Shown here in pieces: positions 27,457 through 37,590 of a DNA stretch of 64,000 nt (position 1 is the stretch's first letter; each line of letters opens with the position of its first letter). The notes under the pieces were generated by a model that was given only the letters and a program-made list of their open reading frames with translations, did not search any database and was not told where the DNA came from. Location of the stretch: IMG/VR virus record IMGVR_UViG_3300025327_000020; one strand, given 5' to 3'. Both the position numbers and the translations under genes were made by a program. The DNA comes from an uncultured virus (IMG/VR IMGVR_UViG_3300025327_000020). Its lineage: Duplodnaviria; Heunggongvirae; Uroviricota; Caudoviricetes.

Positions 27457-29680
27457 TGCGAAGTCTGATGACCCTGATACTACTCTAGTCCTTCCATCGG
27501 ATTGGAATGCTGCACATGCTCATGAGGCTGAGGCTGCTAATTTAGTTCTTGCAGGGCCTGTATCTGGTGGTTCTGCTATACCAGACTTTAGGGGTTTGGT
27601 AGATGCAGATATTCCTGCTGCTATAGCCCGTGATGCCGAAGTAGCAGCGCAGTACGTTGCCCTGACGGATGGGGACTGGATTGACCTGACGGACGGTGGC
27701 CCAACGGCTCTGCACGGTCACACCGGTGGGGGCGGGACTTTCACCAACCGTGTCTGGTTCAACAAGGAAGAGCTACATGGCATCGGGGCTACCTCGACCC
27801 AGGTGGGCACGAATCCAAACCAGCAGGCTACATGGCGATTCCCCGCTGCCGCCACAGGAGCCGTGCAGTTTGACTGGGTGGTGCCGCCTGACTGGAGTTC
27901 CGGTGCTGTGGACCTCATTCTCCATTACTGCAAGGCCGCTGTTGGAACAGGCGACATCTATCATCGGGTCAACTACTCGGAATTAGCTGCAGGCGACGAT
28001 GCAGGGGAGACTGGCACAAACTCCGACCAGACGGTAGCGGTGGCTGCCGACCCTGCTCAGACCCACCAGGTTATAACCTGGCCTGCCTTGTTCACGCCTG
28101 GTGCTATAGGCCAGGTGTGGCGGTTCAACTACATCCGTCTCGGCGGCGACGCAGCGGACACCTACGCCGATAATAGCCACGTCCTCGGGGTTGAGCTACG
28201 CTACACGGCGACGGGTTATGGTGGCATCATCGTCCCCACAGGCACAGGCTTTACTCATATTACAGGTGGAGCCCAAGATGCAGCCGCTAAGACTGTTGAC
28301 CTTGCCTCTGCTGATGTGACTGGTGTTCTCCCTGGTGCTAAGATAGATTCCACTATAGCTAGAGATACTGAGGTAGCAGCGGAAATTGCTACTCATGCTG
28401 CCGCTCCCGACCCTCATACTGTCTACGGTGCGCTCGCCCAGGCCGAAATCTGGGGTGCCCTGCAAACATTCAGTGTAGGTATCGCTACAGGTGGCCTGAC
28501 CCTAACCCAGGGTGCGAGCGACCCGCTGGTCATTGATGGCGCAGGTGCTATTGTTGTCACGAACGCCTACCATAAGGTTGAGGTGGCCGTCCCTCCCTTG
28601 CTTGATAACCTTGACACTGTTACAGGCCTTGGCGTAGGCGAGATTTGTTTCATCCAGCCCAACTCCGACGCTAACACAATCAACATTCGGCACGATATTG
28701 GCAACATCTCCTGCGTGGGGCAGGCCAACATCCTGATGGACGACATAGAGGACTTTGTGATTCTCATTGGTACGGCAGGGAACGTGCTCGCCATGAGTAG
28801 TCATGGACGGTCACACAACCACAGCGATACCTCCGATGGCAATGCGTTGGCCCCTATCACGATTACTCCTGGAACCCTCGTCCTGCCCAATGAGGCTTCC
28901 CCTGCGCCTACGATTGAGGCTGCAATAGTCTGGGACACCAATGATGACAAGATAGTAGTAGGGGATGGTGTCGGCACAAAGCATATTGTCCCCACGGCGG
29001 CCTACTCTGGTGACGCTACCGTCAGCGAGGCGGGAGTCCTCACAATTGGCGCTGACAAAGTGACCTACGCCAAGATGCAGAACGTCAGTGCCACAGACAA
29101 GGTGCTGGGCCGAGCGACAGGTGGACCAGGGGATGTTGAGGAGATAGCCTGCACAGCGGCGGGTAGAGCGTTGATAGATGATGCCGATGCTGCCGCCCAA
29201 CGTGCGACGTTGGGCCTCGGAGCTATCGCCCTTGAAGCGTCTCCCCTTCAGATTAGCAAGGGCGGCACGGGCGTGACGGCCCAGCAGTTCTCAGTCGTCC
29301 AGTACGTCTTCCTGCCCGACGCCGCCATTGACGCCGACGTAGTAGCCGGAGCGCAGAAGCAGCTACTTGTCAGCCCTGGCTCAGATGAGGCGCTTGCTCG
29401 CATCGTCGTTCACGCAGGCTCGGCGGGTGGGACGGCCCTGACTATCACCCTTGAGCAATATCAGTCGGGGGGTGCGGGCGTCGAGGACACAGACTCCGCT
29501 GGAACCTGGACGACCATCAAGGCGATTACGGTCACGGCGAGCAACAAGACGGTTGTAGATGCTGCTCCTGCCGCCACCATTAAGTCCCGTGGGGCGCTCC
29601 GCATCACCATCGGTGGCACAGTCACAGGCTGGAAGAACGTCCAAGCTATCTATGAAGCCAAGAGGCCGCTAACAACATGA
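27431..29680 (+). CDS. Tail/virion fibre protein
   Basis: VLPSDWNAAH N-terminus, IARDxEV twice, HxH knots, VTYAKMQNVS..GR..G.GDVEEI and DADAAAQRATLGLG fibre motifs. Confidence 0.8.
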   Translation: MSVKHQKVSAKSDDPDTTLVLPSDWNAAHAHEAEAANLVLAGPVSGGSAIPDFRGLVDADIPAAIARDAEVAAQYVALTDGDWIDLTDGGPTALHGHTGGGGTFTNRVWFNKEELHGIGATSTQVGTNPNQQATWRFPAAATGAVQFDWVVPPDWSSGAVDLILHYCKAAVGTGDIYHRVNYSELAAGDDAGETGTNSDQTVAVAADPAQTHQVITWPALFTPGAIGQVWRFNYIRLGGDAADTYADNSHVLGVELRYTATGYGGIIVPTGTGFTHITGGAQDAAAKTVDLASADVTGVLPGAKIDSTIARDTEVAAEIATHAAAPDPHTVYGALAQAEIWGALQTFSVGIATGGLTLTQGASDPLVIDGAGAIVVTNAYHKVEVAVPPLLDNLDTVTGLGVGEICFIQPNSDANTINIRHDIGNISCVGQANILMDDIEDFVILIGTAGNVLAMSSHGRSHNHSDTSDGNALAPITITPGTLVLPNEASPAPTIEAAIVWDTNDDKIVVGDGVGTKHIVPTAAYSGDATVSEAGVLTIGADKVTYAKMQNVSATDKVLGRATGGPGDVEEIACTAAGRALIDDADAAAQRATLGLGAIALEASPLQISKGGTGVTAQQFSVVQYVFLPDAAIDADVVAGAQKQLLVSPGSDEALARIVVHAGSAGGTALTITLEQYQSGGAGVEDTDSAGTWTTIKAITVTASNKTVVDAAPAATIKSRGALRITIGGTVTGWKNVQAIYEAKRPLTT

Positions 29681-30474
29681 GCCGCCGCACCCTAATCAAC
29701 CTCGACCTCCGAGGGCAGATGCTCGACGCCTCCGTGCAGGCAGGCGGTCATGCCCGCGAGTCTCTGGTTCAGGGTTGCACGTTCGACCTCGGCACTCGTT
29801 TTGTGGGGGACATTCGCGGTACGGACTTCATAGGCAACACCGGCCCTGCTGATTGGCGCGCCGCCCAGACCTATAGTTGTTACTGGCGGGGGAACGCAAA
29901 TCTGGCTGGCAGCCTATGGCCTGCCGACATAGGCTACCTCCACCACCAGCCTGTAGGAAGCCTCATCCGCGATGCCGTTACAACTCTGAACCTGACTGCG
30001 GCCCAGAAACAGAAGATTCGGGACGTGGGCGACTTCGTGTTTACAAGTGACCCTGCAGCATCTTGGGATACGTCTGTGCCCCTATGGTGGGCGAACTCTA
30101 CGGCGACAGTCCGCAACCGCCTTGTGACTGGGTTCCGTTCCCTATTCGTGCCCCATCCAGGACTGGCAGCGCGGTTTGAGGAGTTAGTGGATGCTCTACA
30201 GTCTGGCAAAACATTGTGGACACCGCCTGCTAATCCCAACATTGCGATTGTTACCTGGCCAGATGGTGCATTGGTGCCTGTGGACGCTATGAACCTACCT
30301 GCACTGTTTGAGATTAGCCGCTATGCCCTAGCCCGCTGGCTGGAGTCACAGGCCGACTTGCAGCAACAGGGGCCACATCACTGTTTCGTCTATTCTGTCA
30401 TGCCGCTGATTGCCCGCCCTCTGCCAGGGGCCTATGACTGGTTTAGTCCAGGCTGGCATTGGCGGGGGTACTAA
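29677..30474 (+). CDS. Hypothetical protein in the fibre module
   Basis: ATGA overlap; pentapeptide-like N-terminus. Confidence 0.55.
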   Translation: MSRRTLINLDLRGQMLDASVQAGGHARESLVQGCTFDLGTRFVGDIRGTDFIGNTGPADWRAAQTYSCYWRGNANLAGSLWPADIGYLHHQPVGSLIRDAVTTLNLTAAQKQKIRDVGDFVFTSDPAASWDTSVPLWWANSTATVRNRLVTGFRSLFVPHPGLAARFEELVDALQSGKTLWTPPANPNIAIVTWPDGALVPVDAMNLPALFEISRYALARWLESQADLQQQGPHHCFVYSVMPLIARPLPGAYDWFSPGWHWRGY

Positions 30475-30475
30475 G

Positions 30476-31837
30476 ATGAGCCGTAGCTGGCTACACGTAG
30501 GTAGCGGCTGGGAGCATGGCCCCATCCGCTATCTCTATTCCGCCAATGCCACTCAGGAAAAGACGTTCATCACAGGCCCCAACTGGAGCGTATATGGGCA
30601 TGGGGGCTTCCCTCCTGAGAAGTCCACCAAGCGCAGCGGCTACTTCGCTCATCGGATGCTCAGTGGCGGTTTCTCGTTTGGCATTGACGCCCGCTGCGGC
30701 CACGTGTTCGCCCGCACGAAGGACTGGTTATTCTGGGTTGTCCCCGTGGCCATCATCGGCTTTGACACACCCCCGACTGTAGGCAATGATTACCTTGCTG
30801 CCCGTTGCACCGAGCATTGGGCGCTGGCCACTGGGGACAAATACCTGGGTGTAGGTGTCGCTATCGTCTCGGCTGGCCCACCCGCCACCTTCCAATTCAC
30901 CATCCAGCGTTTCACCAACACTGGTGCCTTCGATGTTAAACTGGGTGGCAACAGTGCTACCTTCACGGCAGGGACGACGGTACGCTATATCGTCCTGGCC
31001 CTGAACACAGCAGGTGGGGCAGACAACTGCAAGCTATGGGTGGACGGGACGGCGGGAGCGGCTGTTACCTCCGGCACTGTTCGCACCTCCGGCCATCTCC
31101 TGCCTGACTCCCGAAAGGTTGCGGGCGCTAAGGGTGCTGATACCGGTATGCGAGTGGTGGCCGATGACTGGTGCAGCGCCGAGGGAGACGCTGAGGGCGA
31201 CCGCCCAGGGCTGAATTTACGGACGATATGTTACCAGGCCCGCAAGAACGTCACCGGCGAGAACGCCTGGACGGGCTCGCACCTGGACGTGGACGACGAG
31301 AAGGATGCGGCCATAGGTGACGCTAACACCGACACCAACGTTTGCACCCCTGGGGCCGCCGACCAGCTTGAGATATTCGGCTTTCCCGACCTGGTGGACG
31401 AGGCTGGACAGACGGCCACGGTGGAGGCCGTGCTGCTGTGCTGGGAGCAGGTCATATCGACCTTTAGGGGCGCAGGTTACGCTCCTGCCTACGAGGGTCA
31501 CTACCCCCACGCCCGCACCACCAGCAGTAGCCTGACCGACCTCAGCGGCGATTACGGTAGCGGCTATAATCCCGATGGCACGCCTTCGCGGGTCTGGTTC
31601 TCGCGCCTGATGCGTACCACGCCGGAGGGCTCTGCCTGGACACCAACGCTGTTCAACCAGTTGCAGGCTGGCCTGAAGTCGCGGAACACCGAGACGATGG
31701 GGGAGTTCTATGCCATCCCCATTGGGGACTATATCGATGCTCCTGCCGATACGCCAACCCCACCTGGAGACCCTCTTTGGGAAGACCCTCCAGGGGCAGC
31801 ACCCGCTGAACGGCGCAGGTTTGGGATGGTGGTATGA
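30476..31837 (+). CDS. Beta-rich virion/receptor-binding protein (possible ConA-like domain)
   Basis: KLWVDG strand pattern; TPEGSAWTPTLFNQLQAG motif seen in phage structural proteins. Confidence 0.55.
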   Translation: MSRSWLHVGSGWEHGPIRYLYSANATQEKTFITGPNWSVYGHGGFPPEKSTKRSGYFAHRMLSGGFSFGIDARCGHVFARTKDWLFWVVPVAIIGFDTPPTVGNDYLAARCTEHWALATGDKYLGVGVAIVSAGPPATFQFTIQRFTNTGAFDVKLGGNSATFTAGTTVRYIVLALNTAGGADNCKLWVDGTAGAAVTSGTVRTSGHLLPDSRKVAGAKGADTGMRVVADDWCSAEGDAEGDRPGLNLRTICYQARKNVTGENAWTGSHLDVDDEKDAAIGDANTDTNVCTPGAADQLEIFGFPDLVDEAGQTATVEAVLLCWEQVISTFRGAGYAPAYEGHYPHARTTSSSLTDLSGDYGSGYNPDGTPSRVWFSRLMRTTPEGSAWTPTLFNQLQAGLKSRNTETMGEFYAIPIGDYIDAPADTPTPPGDPLWEDPPGAAPAERRRFGMVV

Positions 31838-31890
31838 CAGTGAACCAGGCAAAAGAGGCGGTAAAGGATACTCTTAGAGGGTAGTGGTTA

Positions 31891-32055
31891 ATGGCTGGAA
31901 CACCAATCGCCTTTCAACCAAATGCCTTCCAGAATAGTGCTTTCCAAACAGGGGAACCTGCTGTACCATTTCGGTTCCCTAGAGAGGCTATCCCAAGAGC
32001 CCAGACTAAGCCGCCAGTAGCTACCAGCTATGTGCAAAGGGAGATAAATGGCTAA
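31891..32055 (+). CDS. Small protein with AFQ repeats (not in ORF track)
   Basis: MAGTPIAFQPNAFQNSAFQTG. Confidence 0.55.
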   Translation: MAGTPIAFQPNAFQNSAFQTGEPAVPFRFPREAIPRAQTKPPVATSYVQREING

Positions 32056-32218
32056 GGCAAATAAGCAATTAAATCCTAGTATTGGCAAGGCTGGTAAGAG
32101 GGCCGCACCAGCTATAGGTTCAAGCCGAGGACAGGCTAAGCCTACTGCCCCTACAGGAGCTACACAGAAGCCTCCGTCCCCTGGGAGCGGAAAAAGGAAC
32201 TACGGGTTTCAGCCATAG
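32048..32218 (+). CDS. Small basic disordered protein (not in ORF track)
   Basis: agggag SD; MAKANKQ...NYGFQP. Confidence 0.45.
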   Translation: MAKANKQLNPSIGKAGKRAAPAIGSSRGQAKPTAPTGATQKPPSPGSGKRNYGFQP

Positions 32219-32227
32219 GAGGTTAGC

Positions 32228-33367
32228 ATGGCAGGAGTTGATGTCCGAGTTGTCGTTGAGGATATAGCAACTATAATTGCAACCTATACCACAATCGAGC
32301 TAGAAAGAGCAGCTACAGTAGGTGGTACTTACGCACAGGTAACAACTAAAGCTCTTGTGGCCAATACCTATTACTATACTATTAACGATTCCACAGGTGA
32401 CCTTAACAAGTGGTATCGCTACAGGTTCCACCATGCTGTTGGGCCTGTTAACTCTGACTACTCTGACCCATTCCGAGTTGATGGAGTAACTAGGCTCAGA
32501 GCTAGGCAAGCTGCACTGCTCAAGTATGGGGCAGGAATGGTACTTGCCTCCGATGGTACAGGTGCCAGTGGTGGAGAGTTAGGTACAGTAGACTACAGAG
32601 TCAAGACTAGCCTATTCAGGGCTGACCGTGGCAAAGGTTCATGGCTGCTCCCCACTACAGGTACTCAGGCTGGGCTAGTTAGGATAATATCAGCAAGTAA
32701 CCCCACTACAGGAAAGTTCACAGTTCTTCCTGCTTGGAGTGCAACTCCTGCTAGTGGAGAGGAAATAGAATGGCATTGGCTTGCAGACCCTATCATTTGG
32801 GAAGATGCTATGAATAGGGGACTAGCTAGATACTACTTCCTAGATAGGGTTCCTATCAATGGTGTTGCCAACCAGGATGAGTATGACCTATCTGGCATTC
32901 CCTGGCTCATTGACCAGGGACAGGTACACGATGTAAGATACTATCCCAGGCGTGCCAGTAGTATAGATGATGGAGTAGACCACTCCTGGGCAGGTAATGG
33001 CAGGTGGTGGAGGGTTCGACAGGATAAGGGTATTCTCACTCTCTCTATTAGCCCTGCAATTGATACTTCTACAGTGCTGTATTTAGAGACGACAAGGCCT
33101 ATGCTTCCAGTCTACACCGATGCTTCTGCCCTACCTGCTGTTGCAGCAGAGGAGCTAGTGGTGGCGTTAATCTATGATGAGGTACTAGCCTATCTTAGCC
33201 GTCCTAGTCGTGGGTCAGCAGAGGAGAGGGGCTCTTGGATTAAGGCTAGGGCTGTTCATACCTCGGAGTTGCATAAGCTATTGGTTAGACATCGACCTAA
33301 GCCTAGAGTTGGTCCTGCTCAATTGCCCTTCCCACCTGTAGTTCCGCAGCCTTTCCAATCGAGGTAA
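32228..33367 (+). CDS. Probable head-tail adaptor / tail tubular protein
   Basis: FN3-like N-terminus (WYRYRF...SDYSDP), AMNRGL...DEYDL; precedes the nozzle-like gene. Confidence 0.55.
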   Translation: MAGVDVRVVVEDIATIIATYTTIELERAATVGGTYAQVTTKALVANTYYYTINDSTGDLNKWYRYRFHHAVGPVNSDYSDPFRVDGVTRLRARQAALLKYGAGMVLASDGTGASGGELGTVDYRVKTSLFRADRGKGSWLLPTTGTQAGLVRIISASNPTTGKFTVLPAWSATPASGEEIEWHWLADPIIWEDAMNRGLARYYFLDRVPINGVANQDEYDLSGIPWLIDQGQVHDVRYYPRRASSIDDGVDHSWAGNGRWWRVRQDKGILTLSISPAIDTSTVLYLETTRPMLPVYTDASALPAVAAEELVVALIYDEVLAYLSRPSRGSAEERGSWIKARAVHTSELHKLLVRHRPKPRVGPAQLPFPPVVPQPFQSR

Positions 33368-33370
33368 CTG

Positions 33371-35188
33371 ATGGTCAGTAGACCCAAGCATATAGGGACG
33401 GTGAAGATAGGGGCTGAGTCTTATCTGCTGGCTGAGACTGAGGATAGGCAAGCCTGGCAAAAGCAATTCCTACATGAGCCCCCCTGGGCTGATGGCCTAC
33501 CAGCAATGCTTTCTGAGCCCTCAGAGACATGGCACCTAGGAGGTTTTAAGACACGGCAAGGCATACCAGGTACATATGAATACGGTGTCAATACCGACAC
33601 AAGGTTTCCATTCAGGCTTTTGCCTGGTCCGCTACTGACTGCACTTACTCTCACAGGTAGTGTATCCCCTCCCACCCGAATCTTCGAGGCGCTAGGCTAC
33701 ATATTCGTTGTGGCAGGAAGGCGTGTCTTCAGGATAGACCCTGCTACTGATGCTGTTGTGGAGTCCAAGGACTTCGGAGCAGGTGTTCTCGGAGTTGATG
33801 GCTTAAAATGGGAGAGCAATAAAGGCCTGGTCACTACTGATGCTGCCGACCAGTCGCTATGGGAGGTCTCGGCTATAGGCTCACCTGACACTTGGACTCA
33901 GGCTGCTGTTGGTATCAAACCATATAAGTTGGCAGCAGGTATAGACCGACTGTTTGGTGTCCAGGCCGATGGCCTCCTTAGGAACGTGGTATCTGGTCTC
34001 AATCCTCTAGCAGCGATTAACTGGGCTGACAGGATACAATGTGGGGAAGTTGATACTAAGCCTACTGGACTATTGGCCTTTGAGAAAACTGTTCTGGTAG
34101 GTAAGCCAGAGGGCCTCTTTGGAGTGAGCCCCGAAGGTAAGGGTGTCCCTCTCATTAAGCGTATGATACGAGATGCTACCAACTGCCAAGGCATGAGGGT
34201 GCATGAACCCTATGCTATTATCCCTCATAGTAGGGGTACGTATAGATTCCTTCCAGGACTGGTTGAGAGCATAGGCCTTGAGAAGGAAACCATGAATGAG
34301 AGCCTTGTCAAGGGCAGGTTCATGGACTTTGCTACCGATAACCAATGGCTCTTTGGTATATTAAACCTTTCGACAGTCTCTTGGATTGTGATTGCCAGAG
34401 ATAGAGGGAGTGGTGAACCTGGATTTGGGCCTCTTGTCTGGCACACTTGGGTTATGGTGACATTCCCTAGTCAGGCCCTGCATCTATCTACTTTGACATC
34501 ACCTCCTAGGCTTTGGTTCGGTAAAGGCAACAATATATACTACCTAAAGCTATCCAATTCAGGAGGAGCACCTGATGTATCTGATGCCGACTATAGGTTC
34601 TCGACTGTAGGCTCGCTCTACAGCAATAAATATAACTTTGGTGATTGGGGTCTTAAGGACTTTCCCAAGGTGGTCCTAGTAGGTAAAAATCTCACGGCTA
34701 TCAGGCGCTGGGAGTTGGCCTATAGTGTGGATGGAGGTGCATTCTCATCCCTAGATATAAATGGCATTACTATGTCGATAATCAGTGACGGACGCCAAAC
34801 CTTCTTCCTACCCCTAACTGCCGTCGGCAGAGAGATACAGTACCGCTTGTCTTACATTGGAGATGTTAGTACGACAGCAGGCGAGATAGTCTACTTTGAG
34901 CCTTTTGCGGTTCCTCAAAGCAGGAAACTTCCTGCCTATATAGTACAGCTTCATTTGGCTAGAGACTCTAGCCTAGATATTGGGAAGGAGTATAGGTCTT
35001 CTGCTGAACAGCTTAGTGACCTAGCCGCTCTGAATGAGAGTGCAACAACTGTGAAGGCAAGTGGCCCTTGGGGTGAGAACAAAGATATGGTAGTGAGGTC
35101 TCTACAGCTTGTAGAAGTGATACAGGAGCCTGATGTAGAGCCGGAGTATATGGTAACGGTTGAGCTTCAGGAGAGGGAAGTGGCCTAA
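33371..35188 (+). CDS. Probable tail nozzle (beta-propeller) protein
   Basis: 605 aa, beta-rich; podovirus gene order. Confidence 0.6.
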   Translation: MVSRPKHIGTVKIGAESYLLAETEDRQAWQKQFLHEPPWADGLPAMLSEPSETWHLGGFKTRQGIPGTYEYGVNTDTRFPFRLLPGPLLTALTLTGSVSPPTRIFEALGYIFVVAGRRVFRIDPATDAVVESKDFGAGVLGVDGLKWESNKGLVTTDAADQSLWEVSAIGSPDTWTQAAVGIKPYKLAAGIDRLFGVQADGLLRNVVSGLNPLAAINWADRIQCGEVDTKPTGLLAFEKTVLVGKPEGLFGVSPEGKGVPLIKRMIRDATNCQGMRVHEPYAIIPHSRGTYRFLPGLVESIGLEKETMNESLVKGRFMDFATDNQWLFGILNLSTVSWIVIARDRGSGEPGFGPLVWHTWVMVTFPSQALHLSTLTSPPRLWFGKGNNIYYLKLSNSGGAPDVSDADYRFSTVGSLYSNKYNFGDWGLKDFPKVVLVGKNLTAIRRWELAYSVDGGAFSSLDINGITMSIISDGRQTFFLPLTAVGREIQYRLSYIGDVSTTAGEIVYFEPFAVPQSRKLPAYIVQLHLARDSSLDIGKEYRSSAEQLSDLAALNESATTVKASGPWGENKDMVVRSLQLVEVIQEPDVEPEYMVTVELQEREVA

Positions 35189-35949
35189 TGCCAGAGCTAG
35201 ACCGGAAGGTTGCAGTCCTGGAAAAGCGAGTCCGAGAGTTGGAGCGACTACTCAAGCTAGGCCTCGTTGGTGGAGATGGTGACCTGAAGGCTGTGGTTGA
35301 CCAGCATAGTGCGTTGCTGGGTAGGTTGGTGGAGGACCGCTCTCTAGGAAGTACACTACTTGGGTCATTCCCTGGAGCGGACTCTTCACAAACATTAAGG
35401 AGGGAGGATGGAGATTTCTACCTGGCCGGTGTGCTGACAACGAAGTCTGTCGCATCAACTAGGCCGTCCGCAAGTGGAGATATCTACGCCCTTCCCATAT
35501 ACCTCGGAGTTGGGAGCCTTTTAGATAAGTTAATGGTAGAGGTAACGGCACTTGAAGCAGGCAAAAATGCCCGTATAGGAATATATACCGATACAGGCGA
35601 TGTCTACCCAGATAGGCTTATTTATGGTTCTGGCGAGGTCAGTGTAGGAACGACGGGATTTAAGGAGGCGCAGACTGCCGGTGAAAGGACGGCGAGAGGA
35701 CTTAGTTGGCTTGCAATGACGGCGAACACTACAGTTCCACCAGGGGCTCAGTTCCGCTCCGTAGAGAGCACTCAGGCTGGTACTTGGATAATCCTTGGAT
35801 ATTCGTCCACAATACCTGATGTGGCATATTGTGCTTGGCGTAAACCAACCACCTACGGACCCTTGCCAGACGTGTTTCCCCTTGGGGCATTTAAGGATGC
35901 CATCTCTCCTGCAATCTGGGTAAGTCTAAAGCCAGGAGGCTGGTCATAA
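35188..35949 (+). CDS. Tail needle/fibre-like protein
   Basis: N-terminal coiled coil, C-terminal ARIGIYTD...P..L beta domain. Confidence 0.55.
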   Translation: MPELDRKVAVLEKRVRELERLLKLGLVGGDGDLKAVVDQHSALLGRLVEDRSLGSTLLGSFPGADSSQTLRREDGDFYLAGVLTTKSVASTRPSASGDIYALPIYLGVGSLLDKLMVEVTALEAGKNARIGIYTDTGDVYPDRLIYGSGEVSVGTTGFKEAQTAGERTARGLSWLAMTANTTVPPGAQFRSVESTQAGTWIILGYSSTIPDVAYCAWRKPTTYGPLPDVFPLGAFKDAISPAIWVSLKPGGWS

Positions 35950-36038
35950 TGCTGAAAACAGCAAGTGGCTCAACAGGCAATTCCATCCAAGATGGCATCA
36001 CTAGAGGGGCCTCATATTGGATATACTTAGGGTGCTAG
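35949..36038 (+). pseudogene. Truncated second copy of the holin 5' end
   Basis: MLKTASGSTGNSIQDGITRGA vs holin MIRTASGSTGNAIQDGITRGA, then an early stop. Confidence 0.7.
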
Positions 36039-36056
36039 GGCTAAAGTAGGAGTGCC

Positions 36057-36998
36057 ATGATACTTGAGAAGTGGGTTGACCTCTCAAAGTGGCAGGGAAA
36101 TGTCAGTGATACTTCCCTGAGGGCAATGAAAGCGGACGGTGTTCAGGGTATCTGTGTTGGAGCCTGGCATGGCCTCGATGCAAACCCTTATGTGCATTCT
36201 GTCCTGAAGCGAAGCCGTAGTATAGACCTGAGCACCGCTATCTATGCTGTTATCAACAACAGGCCTGGTGCTTGGTCAGTGCAGCAGGCGAAGGTAGCTG
36301 TTGGTGATGAGTGGCCTCATCTTCTCTTTGTTAGCCCAGATGTAGAAATAAGAGGTGTGACAGAGGCAATTCTGAAGGATGCCTTCGCTGAGGTAGAGAG
36401 ACTCGACAAGCGATTTATCCTATATACTGGCAACTGGTTCTGGGATATTTGGCGCTCTGAGCTAGGGCACTATCCTATCATTGGTGCGCCTCCCGTTTGG
36501 CTGGCAGTCTATAACGGTATTCCAAACCTGAGCATTCCTACCAGGCCAGGTTATGGACCTATCATTGGGCACCAGTATACAGGGAGCACGTCCGCCTATG
36601 GGACTACGGTGGACTTCAACGTCTTTGACGCAGATTGGCTGAGGGCTACGCCTGTTCCAGCGCCAGTACCCAGCCCAAAGGAGGTTCTCATGGGTAAGAT
36701 AGCAGACGATTTTGCGGCTCTAGGGCGCACGGTCGAGGCTGAGGTAGAGCAGGCCAAGACATTGCCTACGCCGATTCCAGGTCCGACAGGCGCAACAGGT
36801 CCTGCAGGTCCAGCGGGCGGCACTGCGCCAACTCCTACTTCCACTCAGCGCACCTATACTGTGGTCTCAGGCGACAACCTGACAAGGATAGCCACCAAGT
36901 TCGGCGTCAGCCTGGATGCACTCTACACCCTGAACAAGGCAGTCATAGGTCCCAATCCCAACCTCATCCAGCCAGGAATGGTTCTCACTATTCCATAG
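36057..36998 (+). CDS. Endolysin, GH25 muramidase plus C-terminal LysM
   Basis: VDLSKWQG, DVE, LYTG, WLAVY, HQYT, VDFN; LysM YTVVSGDNLTRIATKFGV...NLIQPGMVLTIP. Confidence 0.92.
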   Translation: MILEKWVDLSKWQGNVSDTSLRAMKADGVQGICVGAWHGLDANPYVHSVLKRSRSIDLSTAIYAVINNRPGAWSVQQAKVAVGDEWPHLLFVSPDVEIRGVTEAILKDAFAEVERLDKRFILYTGNWFWDIWRSELGHYPIIGAPPVWLAVYNGIPNLSIPTRPGYGPIIGHQYTGSTSAYGTTVDFNVFDADWLRATPVPAPVPSPKEVLMGKIADDFAALGRTVEAEVEQAKTLPTPIPGPTGATGPAGPAGGTAPTPTSTQRTYTVVSGDNLTRIATKFGVSLDALYTLNKAVIGPNPNLIQPGMVLTIP

Positions 36999-37008
36999 GG
37001 GGTATACA

Positions 37009-37224
37009 GTGATTAGAACTGCCAGTGGTTCAACAGGTAATGCAATCCAGGATGGCATCACTAGAGGCGCATGGTTAGGTGCGGTTAATGCCCTTGTAGC
37101 CTTCACTGTTCTCCGATGGGATTGGCTCACTACAGAGGAGCTTGCACTACTAGAGGTTCCCATCCAGTTCGTAGCACTTATCCTAGCCGGTGCCTTCGAC
37201 AAGTATGCAAAGCCAAGACTGTGA
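37009..37224 (+). CDS. Probable holin
   Basis: 71 aa, two TM helices, right after the endolysin. Confidence 0.65.
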   Translation: MIRTASGSTGNAIQDGITRGAWLGAVNALVAFTVLRWDWLTTEELALLEVPIQFVALILAGAFDKYAKPRL

Positions 37225-37523
37225 CAGAGATTTATGCTGTTATCCTTGTGGGCCTAGCAATGCCCATCTCAGTTGCTCTTATTGGCCTAATCTATAGGCG
37301 CAATGGTAGGAGTAATAACAAGAATGGTCCTGTGATAGTCAAACGAGACGAACTCTGGGAAACTTTCCGAGCACGAGAGGCAAACATTGCCAGGCTCATA
37401 GATGCCCAGGGTGAACAGGGGCGGATACTCTCTCAGGTTAGCATGACGCTAACAGGAGTAGCAGGAACACTCGATAGGATAGCCGACAGATTAGACCATC
37501 TCTCGGATAGGATGAACAGGTGA
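37221..37523 (+). CDS. Membrane-anchored coiled-coil lysis-cassette protein
   Basis: GTGA overlap, N-terminal TM helix, C-terminal heptads. Confidence 0.6.
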   Translation: MTEIYAVILVGLAMPISVALIGLIYRRNGRSNNKNGPVIVKRDELWETFRAREANIARLIDAQGEQGRILSQVSMTLTGVAGTLDRIADRLDHLSDRMNR

Positions 37524-37590
37524 TACTGGATTTCCTGTTTCACCTTATAATCTCCTTCGGAAGATTACTTGGGGAAATCCTGTCTTGGTT

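Noticed and set aside
27431..31837. Diversity-generating retroelement or invertible fibre switch
   Set aside because: No reverse transcriptase or invertase, and no adenine-specific repeat pair seen
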